Shown here one piece after another: positions 36,084-46,870 of a stretch of DNA of 64,000 nt. Within the stretch, counting starts at the first letter, position 1, and each line of letters begins with the position of its first letter. Source of the DNA: a virus (taxonomy: Duplodnaviria; Heunggongvirae; Uroviricota; Caudoviricetes); IMG/VR virus record IMGVR_UViG_3300047323_000678; one strand, given 5' to 3'. A model generated the notes under the pieces. That model saw only the letters and a program-made list of their open reading frames with translations. It was not told the DNA's origin and ran no database searches. The position numbers were made by a program, and so were the translations under genes.

Positions 36084-37040
36084 ATGTTTAATTATAATTT
36101 TGCAAGAAAAGACAAAACTGATCGTAATTCTTTAAGTAATGTCTTAGATAGACCAGCTATCACCCGTTTTGCACCTAGTCCAACAGGATTCTTTCATTTG
36201 GGTGGAGCAAGATGTGCTATTCAAAACTACCTTGCTGCAAAAGTCAGTAATGGTAAATTCATTTTAAGAATTGATGATACTGATCAAGCACGCAATCAGG
36301 ATTCACACATTGATTTAATTCTTCAGTGCTTAAACCGTTTAGGATTAACTTATGATGATTTCTTTATGCAATCACAAAGAACTAATAGGTATAAACAAGC
36401 AATTGATTGCTTATTAGATAGTGGTTATGCCATCATAAGTGATGGTGCTATTATGTTGTCACCAAAATCTCAAAATCTTTTAACAGATACTTTTTATGAT
36501 TTATCTAGTGGGGTTTGCAATATTACAGCAACTACATTAGACCAGATTCCTAAAACGATGTTAATGAGAAGTGATGGAAATGTAACTTATCAGTTAGCTA
36601 GTATTATTGATGATATTGATACTAATATTAATTTCATTATTAGAGGTGCTGATCATTTAATGAATACACCTAAACAAATTATTTTGGCATTAGCATTAGC
36701 AGATTCAGGTTGGGATGGTGCTAAACAATTTATTGATAATTGTGTTTTTGCTCATAGTGGTCTTATTTGCTTAGATGGTAAAAAGCTCTCCAAAAGAAAT
36801 AACAATAGTAATCTTTCACTTTTATTAGACGATTATGATAAAGATGCAATAAATCATTTAGTCTTTATGTTAGGTTGGAGTCATCCTGATTCAGCTTTTG
36901 ATAAAAAGTATAAAACTTTGGATTTAAGCACTATGAAAGATTTATTTAAACAAGGTAAAATTAATCCTAGTAATTGTGCATTAAATATGGATAAGCTTAA
37001 GTCATTAAACTTAGCCTATAAGAGATTAAAAGATATTTGA
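36084..37040 (+). CDS. gluQ: Glutamyl-Q tRNA(Asp) synthetase (GluRS catalytic-domain paralog)
   Basis: RFAPSPTGFFHLGG (HIGH-class motif) ...RIDDTDQARN, about 318 aa with no anticodon-binding domain, which is characteristic of GluQ-RS/YadB. The ORF-track start at 35943 is a TTG; the ATG at 36084 has an AAAGGA SD. Confidence 0.75.
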   Translation: MFNYNFARKDKTDRNSLSNVLDRPAITRFAPSPTGFFHLGGARCAIQNYLAAKVSNGKFILRIDDTDQARNQDSHIDLILQCLNRLGLTYDDFFMQSQRTNRYKQAIDCLLDSGYAIISDGAIMLSPKSQNLLTDTFYDLSSGVCNITATTLDQIPKTMLMRSDGNVTYQLASIIDDIDTNINFIIRGADHLMNTPKQIILALALADSGWDGAKQFIDNCVFAHSGLICLDGKKLSKRNNNSNLSLLLDDYDKDAINHLVFMLGWSHPDSAFDKKYKTLDLSTMKDLFKQGKINPSNCALNMDKLKSLNLAYKRLKDI

Positions 37041-37048
37041 AATACTAA

Positions 37049-37076
37049 AGGCCCATTATTTTTAGTGGGCTTTTTA
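37049..37076 (+). terminator. Rho-independent terminator (gcccattatttttagtgggc + T5)
   Basis: Lies after the gluQ stop. Confidence 0.6.
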
Positions 37077-37130
37077 TTAATTTGCAAAACTGAATAAAGT
37101 CATTAATATAAAAAATAAAAAGGATTTATT

Positions 37131-37580
37131 ATGATAATAGCTGCCCTTATTTCTTCATTATGTATTGGATTATCTATTTTTTGTATTGATATTATATTTA
37201 GTTATCCAGGAAGTTGGACTTTTCTAACATTTATTGCAGGCTTTCTTATATCTTTAATTATTATTTCATTATTTGGAATTCCATCAGTGATTCTTTTAAA
37301 AAGATTTAATAAATTAAATTGGAAAACTATTTTAGCAAGTGGTTTTACTCTTGGATTTATAGTGAGTTTTATGTTATTTTTAGCATCACATTCATCTTGT
37401 GATAATTGTTCTAGTTCAGTAAATGGTCAGGTTATGATGGAAAACGGTAAAAGCACTATGGCAGGTTGGATATCTCACATAGAAGGATCTGCCATTCAAG
37501 GAATAATTGGAATGATTGCAAGTTCAATATTCTATAAGGCTTTATTAATGAGAACTAAAAAAGAAATAAAAAATCTTTGA
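37131..37580 (+). CDS. Integral membrane protein (149 aa, 4 predicted TM helices)
   Basis: AAAGGA SD. Hydrophobic throughout. Confidence 0.5.
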   Translation: MIIAALISSLCIGLSIFCIDIIFSYPGSWTFLTFIAGFLISLIIISLFGIPSVILLKRFNKLNWKTILASGFTLGFIVSFMLFLASHSSCDNCSSSVNGQVMMENGKSTMAGWISHIEGSAIQGIIGMIASSIFYKALLMRTKKEIKNL

Positions 37581-37621
37581 TTTTTCAAGGATTTCTTATT
37601 GAACAAACTATGGTAGAGATA

Positions 37622-38839
37622 TCATAGTTTTGTTTTTTTGGTCTTTTGACCATTTGCATTTAATTCTCTTTCTAGTTCTTCAGCTTCCCACCACTTATCC
37701 ATTAAATGAACAATATCATTTGGTTCCTTGGGATTTTGCTTATTTAGTAATTTAGCAAATGATTTAAGCTTAATATCAAATTCACTTTCAGGAACAGGGT
37801 CGTTCGGATTACAAGATACAAAGATAGAAATATAATTATCTTTTCTATTTAACCATGCTTTAGTCGAATAAAAACTAAGAATTCTCTTATCTTTTTCTTT
37901 AAATGTGCTTAAGAATAATGTAATTAAATATGCATAATTATCATTAGTATTCATTTTGATAGAAGTAACTGCTTTGAATTCTTCTAAATCAATAACTTTT
38001 GAGATAATTCTAGGACTTTTTTGCAAGAAAAAATCACCATCTTCTGTTTGCTCTAGATATTTTTTAAGAGATGGAACAAAATCCTTATAATCTTCCAATA
38101 ATTCAGATTCACCTTGATAGAAATGAATAAGAGCATCTCTCAAATCAATAGAACCTGATTGAGAAATATTAGCTTTACTAGCCCTCTTTTTTACAAATTC
38201 AACAATTAACTCATGATTTTTGCCTAATTTTTTTTGAATATTATTTAAAGTAGCAACAATAGAGTCTTTTAAATTTTCTCGTTGAGAAAAATCAAAAACT
38301 TGACTTGGGAAAGCCTTAAGAAGTTCCATACCTTTCTCTTTTCCATATTGCTCTTGTACAGAATTGAGAAGACTTAAACATGTTTTTTCCGTTTTACCAG
38401 TTTGAATAAAAAGATTTTTTAAATTATCAAAAATATGCTTATCATCGGTCCTTTCAATTTTTTTCAAAAGGTTTAGTATTACTTCAGTATTAAACTTTGT
38501 AGTAAAATCATTTGGTTGATATTTACTGCTACCATTAGTTAGATAACCAATAGAACTTGAAATACTTTTTTTGATGGTAGTTTTATTTTCAGAATTAGTA
38601 TAAGCTACAAAATCATTAAATGTTTCAACAGGAATGGTAGCTGCATACTTAACGCGATTGGATGAATGGTGTGAAACTTCGTGAGAAATTTTTTCAAAAT
38701 CACTTTTATTACAAATAAAAAGTTCTTTATTATAATAGGTGCCTTGATAGGGAACAAAGGAGAAAATCATCAGTTGATAGTTTTCCATTAACTCCCAAAG
38801 AGTTTCTAGATATTTGTGATAGATTTGTTTAGAATTCAT
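37622..38839 (-). CDS. Hypothetical effector-like protein (405 aa, ends ...KTKKTKL)
   Basis: Long ORF. Confidence 0.55.
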   Translation of the reverse strand: MNSKQIYHKYLETLWELMENYQLMIFSFVPYQGTYYNKELFICNKSDFEKISHEVSHHSSNRVKYAATIPVETFNDFVAYTNSENKTTIKKSISSSIGYLTNGSSKYQPNDFTTKFNTEVILNLLKKIERTDDKHIFDNLKNLFIQTGKTEKTCLSLLNSVQEQYGKEKGMELLKAFPSQVFDFSQRENLKDSIVATLNNIQKKLGKNHELIVEFVKKRASKANISQSGSIDLRDALIHFYQGESELLEDYKDFVPSLKKYLEQTEDGDFFLQKSPRIISKVIDLEEFKAVTSIKMNTNDNYAYLITLFLSTFKEKDKRILSFYSTKAWLNRKDNYISIFVSCNPNDPVPESEFDIKLKSFAKLLNKQNPKEPNDIVHLMDKWWEAEELERELNANGQKTKKTKL

Positions 38840-38886
38840 AATATAATCAAGAGTTTGTATCTTGTATTATATCATAAAATGTTATA

Positions 38887-39567
38887 TTAAAGTTTATTTT
38901 GTTTAACTTTTTTCTTATTTTCAAGAGATAATTCTTGGTCTAATAACCATGCCTGAACTTTAGGACTACCATATTTTTCTGCAATTTCTTTTGAACCACC
39001 CTGTTCAAGTAAGTACTCTAATTGCTCCATAAAGGAATGTGCTGCTGAAATTTTTACAACTTCATGGTTTTTAGATTCAATATTTGCTTCATTCACTAAA
39101 AGATACTTAATAACTTCTAAACGATTATATTTTGCAGCTTTTTGGAGTGCTTTATTATTAACAGTAGCAGGAATAGAGGTTCCATTTTCACGAATATATT
39201 TAACTACTGAAAGATGCCCACTTCTAGAAGCTTCAATAAAAGCTACATCTTTATTGCAATGAATATCACCACCATTTTTATGTAGAAATTCAAAAATATC
39301 TAATTTTCCCTCCTTTGCAGAATAAACAATCAAGTGATTCATTGTTTTAGGTGGTTCAAAACAATATGAGATTAAAAAACCAAGAACATTAAGATGTCCA
39401 CCATCTACTGCATGAAACATACCATTTTCTATGTCATCTTTAGATAGATAATGATAATTTTTATACATATATTGAACATCATCTAACTTACCGTTATGAC
39501 ATGATTCTAGAAATCTTGTTAAATGAAATTTATCTACAACTGCTAAAAAATGATCTATATTTTCCAT
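38887..39567 (-). CDS. Ankyrin-repeat protein (226 aa, ends ...KVKQNKL)
   Basis: Clear ANK repeats (GMFHAVDGGHLNVLGFLISY; HLIVYSAKEGKLDIFEFLHKNGGDIHCNKDVAFIEASRSGHLSVVKYIRENG; NNKALQKAAKYNRLEVIKYLL). Confidence 0.7.
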   Translation of the reverse strand: MENIDHFLAVVDKFHLTRFLESCHNGKLDDVQYMYKNYHYLSKDDIENGMFHAVDGGHLNVLGFLISYCFEPPKTMNHLIVYSAKEGKLDIFEFLHKNGGDIHCNKDVAFIEASRSGHLSVVKYIRENGTSIPATVNNKALQKAAKYNRLEVIKYLLVNEANIESKNHEVVKISAAHSFMEQLEYLLEQGGSKEIAEKYGSPKVQAWLLDQELSLENKKKVKQNKL

Positions 39568-39680
39568 GTTATTTCTTATTCTATAATTTCATTATACTAA
39601 TATCATAAATATTTTCAAATTAATGATTAATACAAATAAAAAAGCCTTGAGATTTCAAGGCTTTTTAAATCTTTAAGAAA

Positions 39681-40385
39681 TTAAATTTGTTTAGCACATT
39701 CATTAATCAATCCATAGAAATTAGATGGATCTTGAATTGATTTAGGAAGATTGGAAAAATATAGTTTGATAAAAGTTGGAATAATTTTTTTATCTTTAGT
39801 ATTAATAGTAATAGGAAAATCTTCAAAATCATTATCAAGATAATATTCTAAATCATCTTCAAAATCTTTAAAAACTTCTACAACAATTTTTTTGTTTTTA
39901 TGTGCTAAATAAGAAAGTGCAAAATCTGCAATTGATTCATCATTATATTCGGCTCCAGCCAAAATAGAGAAGTCAGACAATGCTGCAACTCGCTCCATAA
40001 ATGACTCATGCTCATCTAGCAATACATCATAACTATCTAAGTGACACATATTCATGTCAAAATGGGTTAAGAAAACATCATATTGAGAATTATCAAGAGG
40101 TTTATGCATGAATGAGAAATCATTTACACTTTCCAGATAATCATACTCTTTAACGATATTTAAATTTTCAACTTTATCGATAAATTGATTAATTTCATCA
40201 ATAAATTTTGCAACATTATTTTTTTTAACAAGATAAGCATAAACTGAAATACAATCAGAACCTAAAAAAGCATCAAGTCCAGAATTATAAGTGCGAGAAT
40301 CTAACAAATACTCTTCTACACTTTTATTATTAGTGGTAGTAAATAATTCATATTTAATATTGTCAATTGCTAATGTTTTTTGCAT
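39681..40385 (-). CDS. Hypothetical acidic protein (start refined to MQKTLAID with GGAGA SD)
   Basis: The ORF-track start at 40409 lacks an SD. The ATG at 40385 has GGAGA at 5 nt. Terminator 39640..39668 lies 3'. Confidence 0.5.
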   Translation of the reverse strand: MQKTLAIDNIKYELFTTTNNKSVEEYLLDSRTYNSGLDAFLGSDCISVYAYLVKKNNVAKFIDEINQFIDKVENLNIVKEYDYLESVNDFSFMHKPLDNSQYDVFLTHFDMNMCHLDSYDVLLDEHESFMERVAALSDFSILAGAEYNDESIADFALSYLAHKNKKIVVEVFKDFEDDLEYYLDNDFEDFPITINTKDKKIIPTFIKLYFSNLPKSIQDPSNFYGLINECAKQI

Positions 40386-40545
40386 ATAAATCTCCTTATT
40401 TAATTCCATGTATTATAACATTTTTATATTTTTTTGACAACAAAAAATATTTAAAAATCAATTACTTATGACATTAAAATTTTTAAATTTTGATAAATAA
40501 ATTTAATTTGTTAAAATTTAAATAAATAAAAGAAAAAGAATTAAT

Positions 40546-41181
40546 ATGAGAAATATTTTTGTTAAATTTTCAAATATTTTTAGCAATATAAAAAATAAAA
40601 GTTTAGATAATTCTAGGCCTAAAATTATAGCTAAGAATACAGTTCATTTAGAAAAACTAATTAGAAAAGAAATTAATTTTAATGGTAATTATTGTGATTT
40701 AAATCATATTGATGTTTCTAGAATTTGGGATATGCGTGGGGTGTTTCATAATATACCTGAATTTAATGGTGATATATCAAAATGGGACACATCTAATGTA
40801 ACAAATATGCAATCCATGTTTGAGAAATCACAATTTAATGGAGATATAAGTAATTGGAATGTTTCTAGAGTTGAAAACATGGCTATAATGTTTTCCCAAT
40901 CAGAATTTAATGGAGATATATCTAATTGGGATGTTTCTAATGTAATTCACATGGGTTCCATGTTTGCTTATTCTAAATTTAAACAGAATCTTTCCAAATG
41001 GATACCATTAAAATTAAAAGATAGTTTTTATATTTTTTCAAAATGTGATATAGCAGAACCTTATTGGACAGATGAAGAAAATAGAAAAAAAGCTATTGAT
41101 GCATATAATTTACATAAAGAATTAAGTTCAGAATTAATAAGTGATAAAGCAAATAATAAACCGAAAAAATTAAAAATATAA
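40546..41181 (+). CDS. DUF285/BspA-like repeat protein (211 aa, ends ...NKPKKLKI)
   Basis: [32 protein letters not shown], then repeats [20 protein letters not shown] / [20 protein letters not shown] / [20 protein letters not shown]. Confidence 0.7.
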   Translation: MRNIFVKFSNIFSNIKNKSLDNSRPKIIAKNTVHLEKLIRKEINFNGNYCDLNHIDVSRIWDMRGVFHNIPEFNGDISKWDTSNVTNMQSMFEKSQFNGDISNWNVSRVENMAIMFSQSEFNGDISNWDVSNVIHMGSMFAYSKFKQNLSKWIPLKLKDSFYIFSKCDIAEPYWTDEENRKKAIDAYNLHKELSSELISDKANNKPKKLKI

Positions 41182-41275
41182 ATAATAAAAGCGCTAAATC
41201 ACAGGACTTTTAAAATTATTATATACTCGTGTAATTAATATGTTAATATACCGCATTAATATTTAATAGAAAGTC

Positions 41276-41560
41276 ATGAGTGAATTAATGAGAAATAATG
41301 AACAAGATGTCCATGAATTAAAAACCTTAAATATGTTAAGAAAAGGTGATATAGCTATTATTGCAGGGATGGTTGAATCCTCTGAACATAATCCTGACAC
41401 CAAAAAGCGTTTATTGGAGCTAGGGTTTATACCAGGAGAAAAGATTAAAATTATTGCAGAATCATTTCCTCAACATGATCCATTTGTAATCAAATTAGGA
41501 AATTCCACTTTTGCCTTGCGTCGTCATGAGGCAGAAATCATTCAGGTTTTATGTAGATAA
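41276..41560 (+). CDS. feoA: FeoA-domain protein (stand-alone; no feoB nearby)
   Basis: LNMLRKGDIAIIAGMVE...RLLELGFIPGEKIKII...PFVIKLGNSTFALRRHEAEIIQV matches the FeoA SH3-like domain pattern. Confidence 0.65.
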   Translation: MSELMRNNEQDVHELKTLNMLRKGDIAIIAGMVESSEHNPDTKKRLLELGFIPGEKIKIIAESFPQHDPFVIKLGNSTFALRRHEAEIIQVLCR

Positions 41561-41650
41561 AATTTCATAAATTTTTGCCAAACAGAGTTTGTTTGCTAAA
41601 ATTGAATAATAAATAAGTTTTAATATGTAAGTATTTTGGAGAAAAATCTA

Positions 41651-42268
41651 ATGAAAAATATATTTGTGATAGAAGGTCAAGCTGGTGCGGGAAAAACTCC
41701 TTTAATTGCTGAAATGAAATTAATCCTTGAGAATAAAGGATATCAAGTTATTACATGCGCACCATTTGCATTAGCCAATCAACATGTAGTAGATCACGGA
41801 TTATTAAATAAATACCCTCTAGGTATCTATAGTTGTTGGAGTCAATCAGTAGAAACATCATTATTTGCTGAGAAATTATTACAAGGGTATATAGATGAAA
41901 CAATAAATAAAATTAAAGATAATAACACCATTGTCTTATTTGATAGAGCTTGGCTAACTATTTGTATGGGATTATTGGAAACTCCTTGTGAACAAGAAAA
42001 AATAGATAAAAAATTAGAATATTGGCTAGAAAAAAATATGGCAACTTTTTTCTTAGATACAATGCCGAATATAACTCAAGGTCGACAAAGTTGGAATCCT
42101 ATCCTTCCTTGGACTAATGAAAATATCGATTTAGATTTTAATCGTAGAAGACTATACATTAAAAAGCATAAAAATGTTTTAGATAGTTATCTGGTATTAG
42201 AACATAGAATTGATTTAAAAACACTAGCTCAATCATGGGTTTCTAAAATTTTAGAATATGTAAAATAA
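41651..42268 (+). CDS. P-loop nucleoside/nucleotide kinase-like protein (thymidylate/deoxynucleoside kinase-like)
   Basis: [10 protein letters not shown] Walker A at the extreme N-terminus and a VLFDRAWL (DR-motif-like) segment. The ATG at 41651 has a GGAGA SD (the ORF-track start is a TTG). Confidence 0.5.
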   Translation: MKNIFVIEGQAGAGKTPLIAEMKLILENKGYQVITCAPFALANQHVVDHGLLNKYPLGIYSCWSQSVETSLFAEKLLQGYIDETINKIKDNNTIVLFDRAWLTICMGLLETPCEQEKIDKKLEYWLEKNMATFFLDTMPNITQGRQSWNPILPWTNENIDLDFNRRRLYIKKHKNVLDSYLVLEHRIDLKTLAQSWVSKILEYVK

Positions 42269-42278
42269 CGATTCCAAT

Positions 42279-42974
42279 ATGATAAATAAATTCTTAAATA
42301 TTTTTAATAATTGGAAAAATGAACAGTTAAATAAAGCGAAAATTATAGCTAAAGATCAAGAACACTTAACTGAGTTAATTAAAGAAGAAATCAAGACCAA
42401 CGGACAGTACTGTGATTTAAACCATATAGATGTTTCTCATATCACTGACATGAATCATTTATTTTCAGATTCAGAATTTAATGGAGATATTAGTAAATGG
42501 AATGTATCTAATGTTGTTGATATGAGTTATATGTTTTGTCGGTCAGAATTCAATGGTGACATATCAAATTGGAATATATCAAATGTGCAAAATATGAGTG
42601 CAATATTCGCAAATTCTTTTTTCAATGAGGACATCAGTAAATGGAATGTATCCAAGGTAGAAAATATGAGTTTTATGTTTAATAATTCAAAGTTTAATGG
42701 AGATATTTCACAATGGGATGTTTTGAATGTTACCAATATGAGTTTTATGTTTGTAAACAGCCCATTTAATAAGAATGTTTCAAATTGGAAACCATTAAAA
42801 TTAGAATATAGCCCTTGTATTTTTTCAAAATGTGATATAGCAGAACCTTATTGGGCTACTATTGAAGATAAAGAAAAAAGAAATATAGCTATTGATAATT
42901 ATTGGCTAAAAAAAGAATTAGATAATGATTTAAAAGAAAAGATTAATTTTAATAAACATAAAATAAAAATATAA
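42279..42974 (+). CDS. DUF285/BspA-like repeat protein (231 aa, ends ...FNKHKIKI)
   Basis: [41 protein letters not shown], then 5 repeats of FNGDISxWNVSNVxxMSxMF. Begins 10 nt after the previous gene. Confidence 0.7.
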   Translation: MINKFLNIFNNWKNEQLNKAKIIAKDQEHLTELIKEEIKTNGQYCDLNHIDVSHITDMNHLFSDSEFNGDISKWNVSNVVDMSYMFCRSEFNGDISNWNISNVQNMSAIFANSFFNEDISKWNVSKVENMSFMFNNSKFNGDISQWDVLNVTNMSFMFVNSPFNKNVSNWKPLKLEYSPCIFSKCDIAEPYWATIEDKEKRNIAIDNYWLKKELDNDLKEKINFNKHKIKI

Positions 42975-42999
42975 AAAGCCCTGATGTATCAGGGCTTTA
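42972..42999. terminator. Bidirectional terminator (aaaaagccctgatgtatcagggcttt)
   Basis: 8-bp stem between convergent genes 42279..42974(+) and 43020..43499(-). Confidence 0.55.
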
Positions 43000-43019
43000 G
43001 CATTAAATCAATACTAAAT

Positions 43020-43499
43020 TTACTTCACAGGAATCGGTTTATCTACAGGAACAGCAGTAATGCTATTTTTCGGTGAACCTTCTACGATTTTGTCAGAATA
43101 CTGGAGATAGACTAAAGTTTGTCGTTTAGGATCTACGATTCGGACAATGCGAATTTTCTTAAAAAGTGGTGATGCTGATTGATTAAAAACTTCTGCTTGT
43201 TGAGGGATTTTTCCATTAAAAGAAATTGGACCAACTTGACGACATGCAACAGATGCTTCAGAAGGATCTTCTGCTAAACCGATAGTTCCTTTCCAGCCAC
43301 CAGTTTTAGCACGAGAAACATAACAGCTAACGCCATTAACAAGTGGATCATCGAACACTTCGATGACAATTTTGTGATTTGCTCCAACCATTTTAAATTC
43401 AGTATCTACTGAGCCAATTTCTTGGCTTGAACCAGCAAATGCATAACTTGCACTACATAGGGACAATGCTGCAATAATAAAATGTTTATAAAATTTCAT
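43020..43499 (-). CDS. creA: CreA-family periplasmic protein
   Basis: Signal peptide, then EIGSVDTEFKMVGANHKIVIEVFDDPLVNGVSCYVSRAKTGG...LVYLQYSDKIVEGSPKNSITAVPV. Closely matches the conserved CreA family pattern and length (about 157 aa). AAGGA SD. Confidence 0.75.
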   Translation of the reverse strand: MKFYKHFIIAALSLCSASYAFAGSSQEIGSVDTEFKMVGANHKIVIEVFDDPLVNGVSCYVSRAKTGGWKGTIGLAEDPSEASVACRQVGPISFNGKIPQQAEVFNQSASPLFKKIRIVRIVDPKRQTLVYLQYSDKIVEGSPKNSITAVPVDKPIPVK

Positions 43500-43684
43500 A
43501 TTTATTCCTTTATATGATTAAGACTGTTTCAGATTACCATATTGTGAAGCTAGTTTATTGGGACTTAGTGAGGTAATTATACATTGAAAATTAAAAAAAC
43601 AATAGATATATAAATCATTTTTATATTTAAAAAATAAAATCCCCAATATTTTAAAAGTATGATACACTAAAAACATTTATTAAA

Positions 43685-44506
43685 ATGGGGAATATAATGC
43701 AGGAAAATATAGATAAAGAAATTAGTATAGAAAAACTAGCTAAAGGTAAGAATGAAATACTAATTCAAAGAATAATGTTTTTGCTTTTTGTATTATTTGT
43801 GCTAGGGTTTTTAGGTATTGTTAAAATTTTAAATATCATATCTTTTGATAGAGATGCAAAACAAATTTATGCTGATTTAAAAGATTATCAAAGCTGTAGA
43901 GTTGTTAGCAAAGAAGATTTGTTTAAAGCTATGGGTTCTAGAATAGTAACGAATGCATTAATTTGTGAGCTATCTCCTATACAACAAAAAACTCCAGAGT
44001 CGGTTCAATTGGCTCAAAATAAAGTGGTTAAAATCAGTCAAGAAATTGAAAATTATAAAGAAGCAACTATTAAAGAATTATCAGCATTATTAGAGGATGA
44101 CTTTGTTAAAAAGAATCCAGAAAAAGCAATTGATAATATTATTGCAGAAATGAAAAACTTTGAACTATGTTTAGTAGTTTCTTCAGATAAAAAAATGGCT
44201 TTAGATTGCAGTCTCAAAGAAAAAGCTTTAGTTACATCATCTGATTATGTTAAAAATGAAGTAGATAGAGTTAAAGAATATCATCAGAAACAAGCTAAAT
44301 TTAATCATCAGTTAAGCTTAATTAATGAAAAATATTTCCCATATTTTACAGCCACATTAAATAAAGAAATTAAGATTGATGAAAATGCAAAAGATCCGAA
44401 TGTAGAGGCTCTTGTTCAAAAAAATAAAGCATTACAAGAATACGAGTCTTTAGTTATAGAAAAAAAGATTAATAAGCTTAAAAAAGAAATAAAGAATACC
44501 AAGTGA
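43685..44506 (+). CDS. Membrane-anchored coiled-coil protein (273 aa)
   Basis: One TM helix (LIQRIMFLLFVLFVLGFLGIV) and a Lys/Glu-rich remainder. Confidence 0.5.
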   Translation: MGNIMQENIDKEISIEKLAKGKNEILIQRIMFLLFVLFVLGFLGIVKILNIISFDRDAKQIYADLKDYQSCRVVSKEDLFKAMGSRIVTNALICELSPIQQKTPESVQLAQNKVVKISQEIENYKEATIKELSALLEDDFVKKNPEKAIDNIIAEMKNFELCLVVSSDKKMALDCSLKEKALVTSSDYVKNEVDRVKEYHQKQAKFNHQLSLINEKYFPYFTATLNKEIKIDENAKDPNVEALVQKNKALQEYESLVIEKKINKLKKEIKNTK

Positions 44507-44548
44507 AAGAATACAAAAGAGCATATTTAATGCTCTTTTTTTCATAAA

Positions 44549-45475
44549 CTATAATTTAGGTCGTTTAGTTTTATTAATTTGAATTTTAGGTTGTTCTCCT
44601 AAGTAATTATCTAATTCAAGATATTCAATTCTTTTTTCTACTAATTGAATTAAATATGCCTTATCCTCTTTACGAGTATCTTTATGATGAAGATTATATA
44701 ATCCTCCAAAAAAACTATCAGAAGGTTCACCTTCATCATTTAAATAAATTTGTTTAAAAATATTCAAATTATCGGAACTATATTCATTTGACACTAGCTT
44801 TTCCCAATAACTTAATTTTAACTTAACGGAATGATATCCATTATATGAGGGATTAGTTACTTTATTAATAAATTCTTTAAAAATTTTGATATCATTAGTA
44901 GTAAATTTTGAATCTTGAAAATTGATTAATAATTCAGTATTTGATTTTGAATTAATAAAGGACTCAGCCAACAAGCCTAAACAAGAAAATTGTTCATAAG
45001 ATTTTTTTAATACATTCATTTTTTCAAAATCATTTTTATCCTCATCCAAAATTTTAGGAATTAACCCCAATCCAGTAATTTTTTGAGGAAGATTTTTACT
45101 TAATATAAGCCAAATATAATCAAATTCATTTATATGAGGAAATATCTCATATAAATCAACAGATGTTTCTTTATTTTGAATTAATTCTTTAGAAGTATCT
45201 TTAACAATATCATCTATTAATGGCATTTTTGATATATAGATATTTTTGTGTTCAAAAACTAGACCCAATATAGCAATTTTATATTTTTTCTCTATTAACG
45301 AATCTGATTGATTAAAATAATTATAGAATAACCAAGATTCTAATTTTCTTATGTTTTCATCTTGATAGAAATCAGCATTAAATAAAGAATAAATTTTTTC
45401 CTCCGGGCTAGGAATGTTTTTAACTAGTTGTGATTCTTCAACTAAATTTAGAAATTTTATAATTTTTTTTAGCAT
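44549..45475 (-). CDS. Paralog family B-related protein (lacks N-terminal TM hairpin; ends ...NKTKRPKL)
   Basis: EKKYKIAILGLVFEHK, YEQFSCLGLLAESF, FQDSKFTTNDIKIFKEF align with family B core motifs. Confidence 0.6.
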   Translation of the reverse strand: MLKKIIKFLNLVEESQLVKNIPSPEEKIYSLFNADFYQDENIRKLESWLFYNYFNQSDSLIEKKYKIAILGLVFEHKNIYISKMPLIDDIVKDTSKELIQNKETSVDLYEIFPHINEFDYIWLILSKNLPQKITGLGLIPKILDEDKNDFEKMNVLKKSYEQFSCLGLLAESFINSKSNTELLINFQDSKFTTNDIKIFKEFINKVTNPSYNGYHSVKLKLSYWEKLVSNEYSSDNLNIFKQIYLNDEGEPSDSFFGGLYNLHHKDTRKEDKAYLIQLVEKRIEYLELDNYLGEQPKIQINKTKRPKL

Positions 45476-45484
45476 AAATAATCT

Positions 45485-46375
45485 TTAAATTTTAGGTTTT
45501 CTATTATTAGTTGTGTTAGAAAAAGGGGTTTTATCCATTTCAGACTTCATCTCTACATATTCTATTTTAGTATTTAACATTTCTCTTATTATTGAACAAT
45601 TATGTATATTATTAGAGTTGCTAATTTTTCCTAAAATTTCAGTGCTATTACAATATTCTAATAATAATTTTAAATTTTCAGGATTATTCTCATTTAAGAT
45701 AATTCGGTTATAAATATCATCATTCATGAATGGCGGATTAATTTCTTTTACTCTAGATATATTGTCATTGAGATAATTTAATCCATTTTTAAACATTTCA
45801 ATATCTTTTTCACTTAATTTATCATCTTGAAGCAATAATAAAAACTTGGCACCTACTGCATTATTAGTTAATGAGCGACCTAATAAACCCAAAGATGAAA
45901 AATCCTCATATAATTTTTTGCATATCACTAAATTATCTGAATTGTGACTAAAGATATTTGTAAGTAAATTCAAAGATTGTGTATAAAAATACTTTTTATC
46001 ATCCATATAATTCTGCAAATCTGAATGACTTATAATTTCACCAGGTTTTTCACAAAATAAATTTGATAATTTTCCCAAACCAATATTTTTTCTTGATAAA
46101 AAATCAGAAATTTCTTCAATTTGTTTTTCGAGCTTAGGCATGGAATCAATATAGATTTTATTTAAATTAAAAATAAAACTTAATAAAACAATTTTATATT
46201 TCTTCTCATTAATACCATCTGAAATAGTCAAATATTCATTACATGCCCATTTTTCTAACTTTTTAATATTCTTCTTTTTATCTAAATCACTACTTAAAAT
46301 TTCAAGAATGTTAGATTGAACTTGGTCATTAGATTTATCTCCTAATGATAAAAACTTTAATATATTTGTTAGCAT
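45485..46375 (-). CDS. Paralog family B-related protein (ends ...TNNRKPKI)
   Basis: EKKYKIVLLSFIFNLNK, YEDFSSLGLLGRSL, LQDDKLSEKDIEMFKNG. Confidence 0.6.
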   Translation of the reverse strand: MLTNILKFLSLGDKSNDQVQSNILEILSSDLDKKKNIKKLEKWACNEYLTISDGINEKKYKIVLLSFIFNLNKIYIDSMPKLEKQIEEISDFLSRKNIGLGKLSNLFCEKPGEIISHSDLQNYMDDKKYFYTQSLNLLTNIFSHNSDNLVICKKLYEDFSSLGLLGRSLTNNAVGAKFLLLLQDDKLSEKDIEMFKNGLNYLNDNISRVKEINPPFMNDDIYNRIILNENNPENLKLLLEYCNSTEILGKISNSNNIHNCSIIREMLNTKIEYVEMKSEMDKTPFSNTTNNRKPKI

Positions 46376-46499
46376 AATAATTATTGATAGCTTTATTTAT
46401 TATAATTGTTATTTTTTTATATTCAATTGAACTTGATAGTTATTGACAATTTAAATTCATTATAAGAGAATCCAAAGTTTTAAAGGAATATTAAAAATC

Positions 46500-46787
46500 A
46501 TGGATGTCAAATTAACACAATGGAATAAACACGGAGATCATCCGTTAGTAAAAGAAAATTCATGTAAGGAGTTTGAATATGAAGATGCAGCTAATGAAGG
46601 TTGTGGATTTATCAATGTCTTTACAGTAGTCAATCCTGGTAGCTATATTGTAGAAATTAATGATATTTATGTAGGAGTTGTGAGTGAAATAAAAGGTCAT
46701 GCAATTTTAATAGATGAACCATCTAGAGCCAAAAAACCTGAATTAATCCGCAGAACAGCAAAAAACTCACAGTCAACAATTAAATAA
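46500..46787 (+). CDS. Small hypothetical protein (95 aa)
   Basis: ORF only. Confidence 0.4.
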   Translation: MDVKLTQWNKHGDHPLVKENSCKEFEYEDAANEGCGFINVFTVVNPGSYIVEINDIYVGVVSEIKGHAILIDEPSRAKKPELIRRTAKNSQSTIK

Positions 46788-46870
46788 AGCTGGAATTATA
46801 AATATCATTGTGCAAAGGCTCTGATTTTAATGTATAATGAAGCCTTAATGAAAACATATTAATCCAAAAA

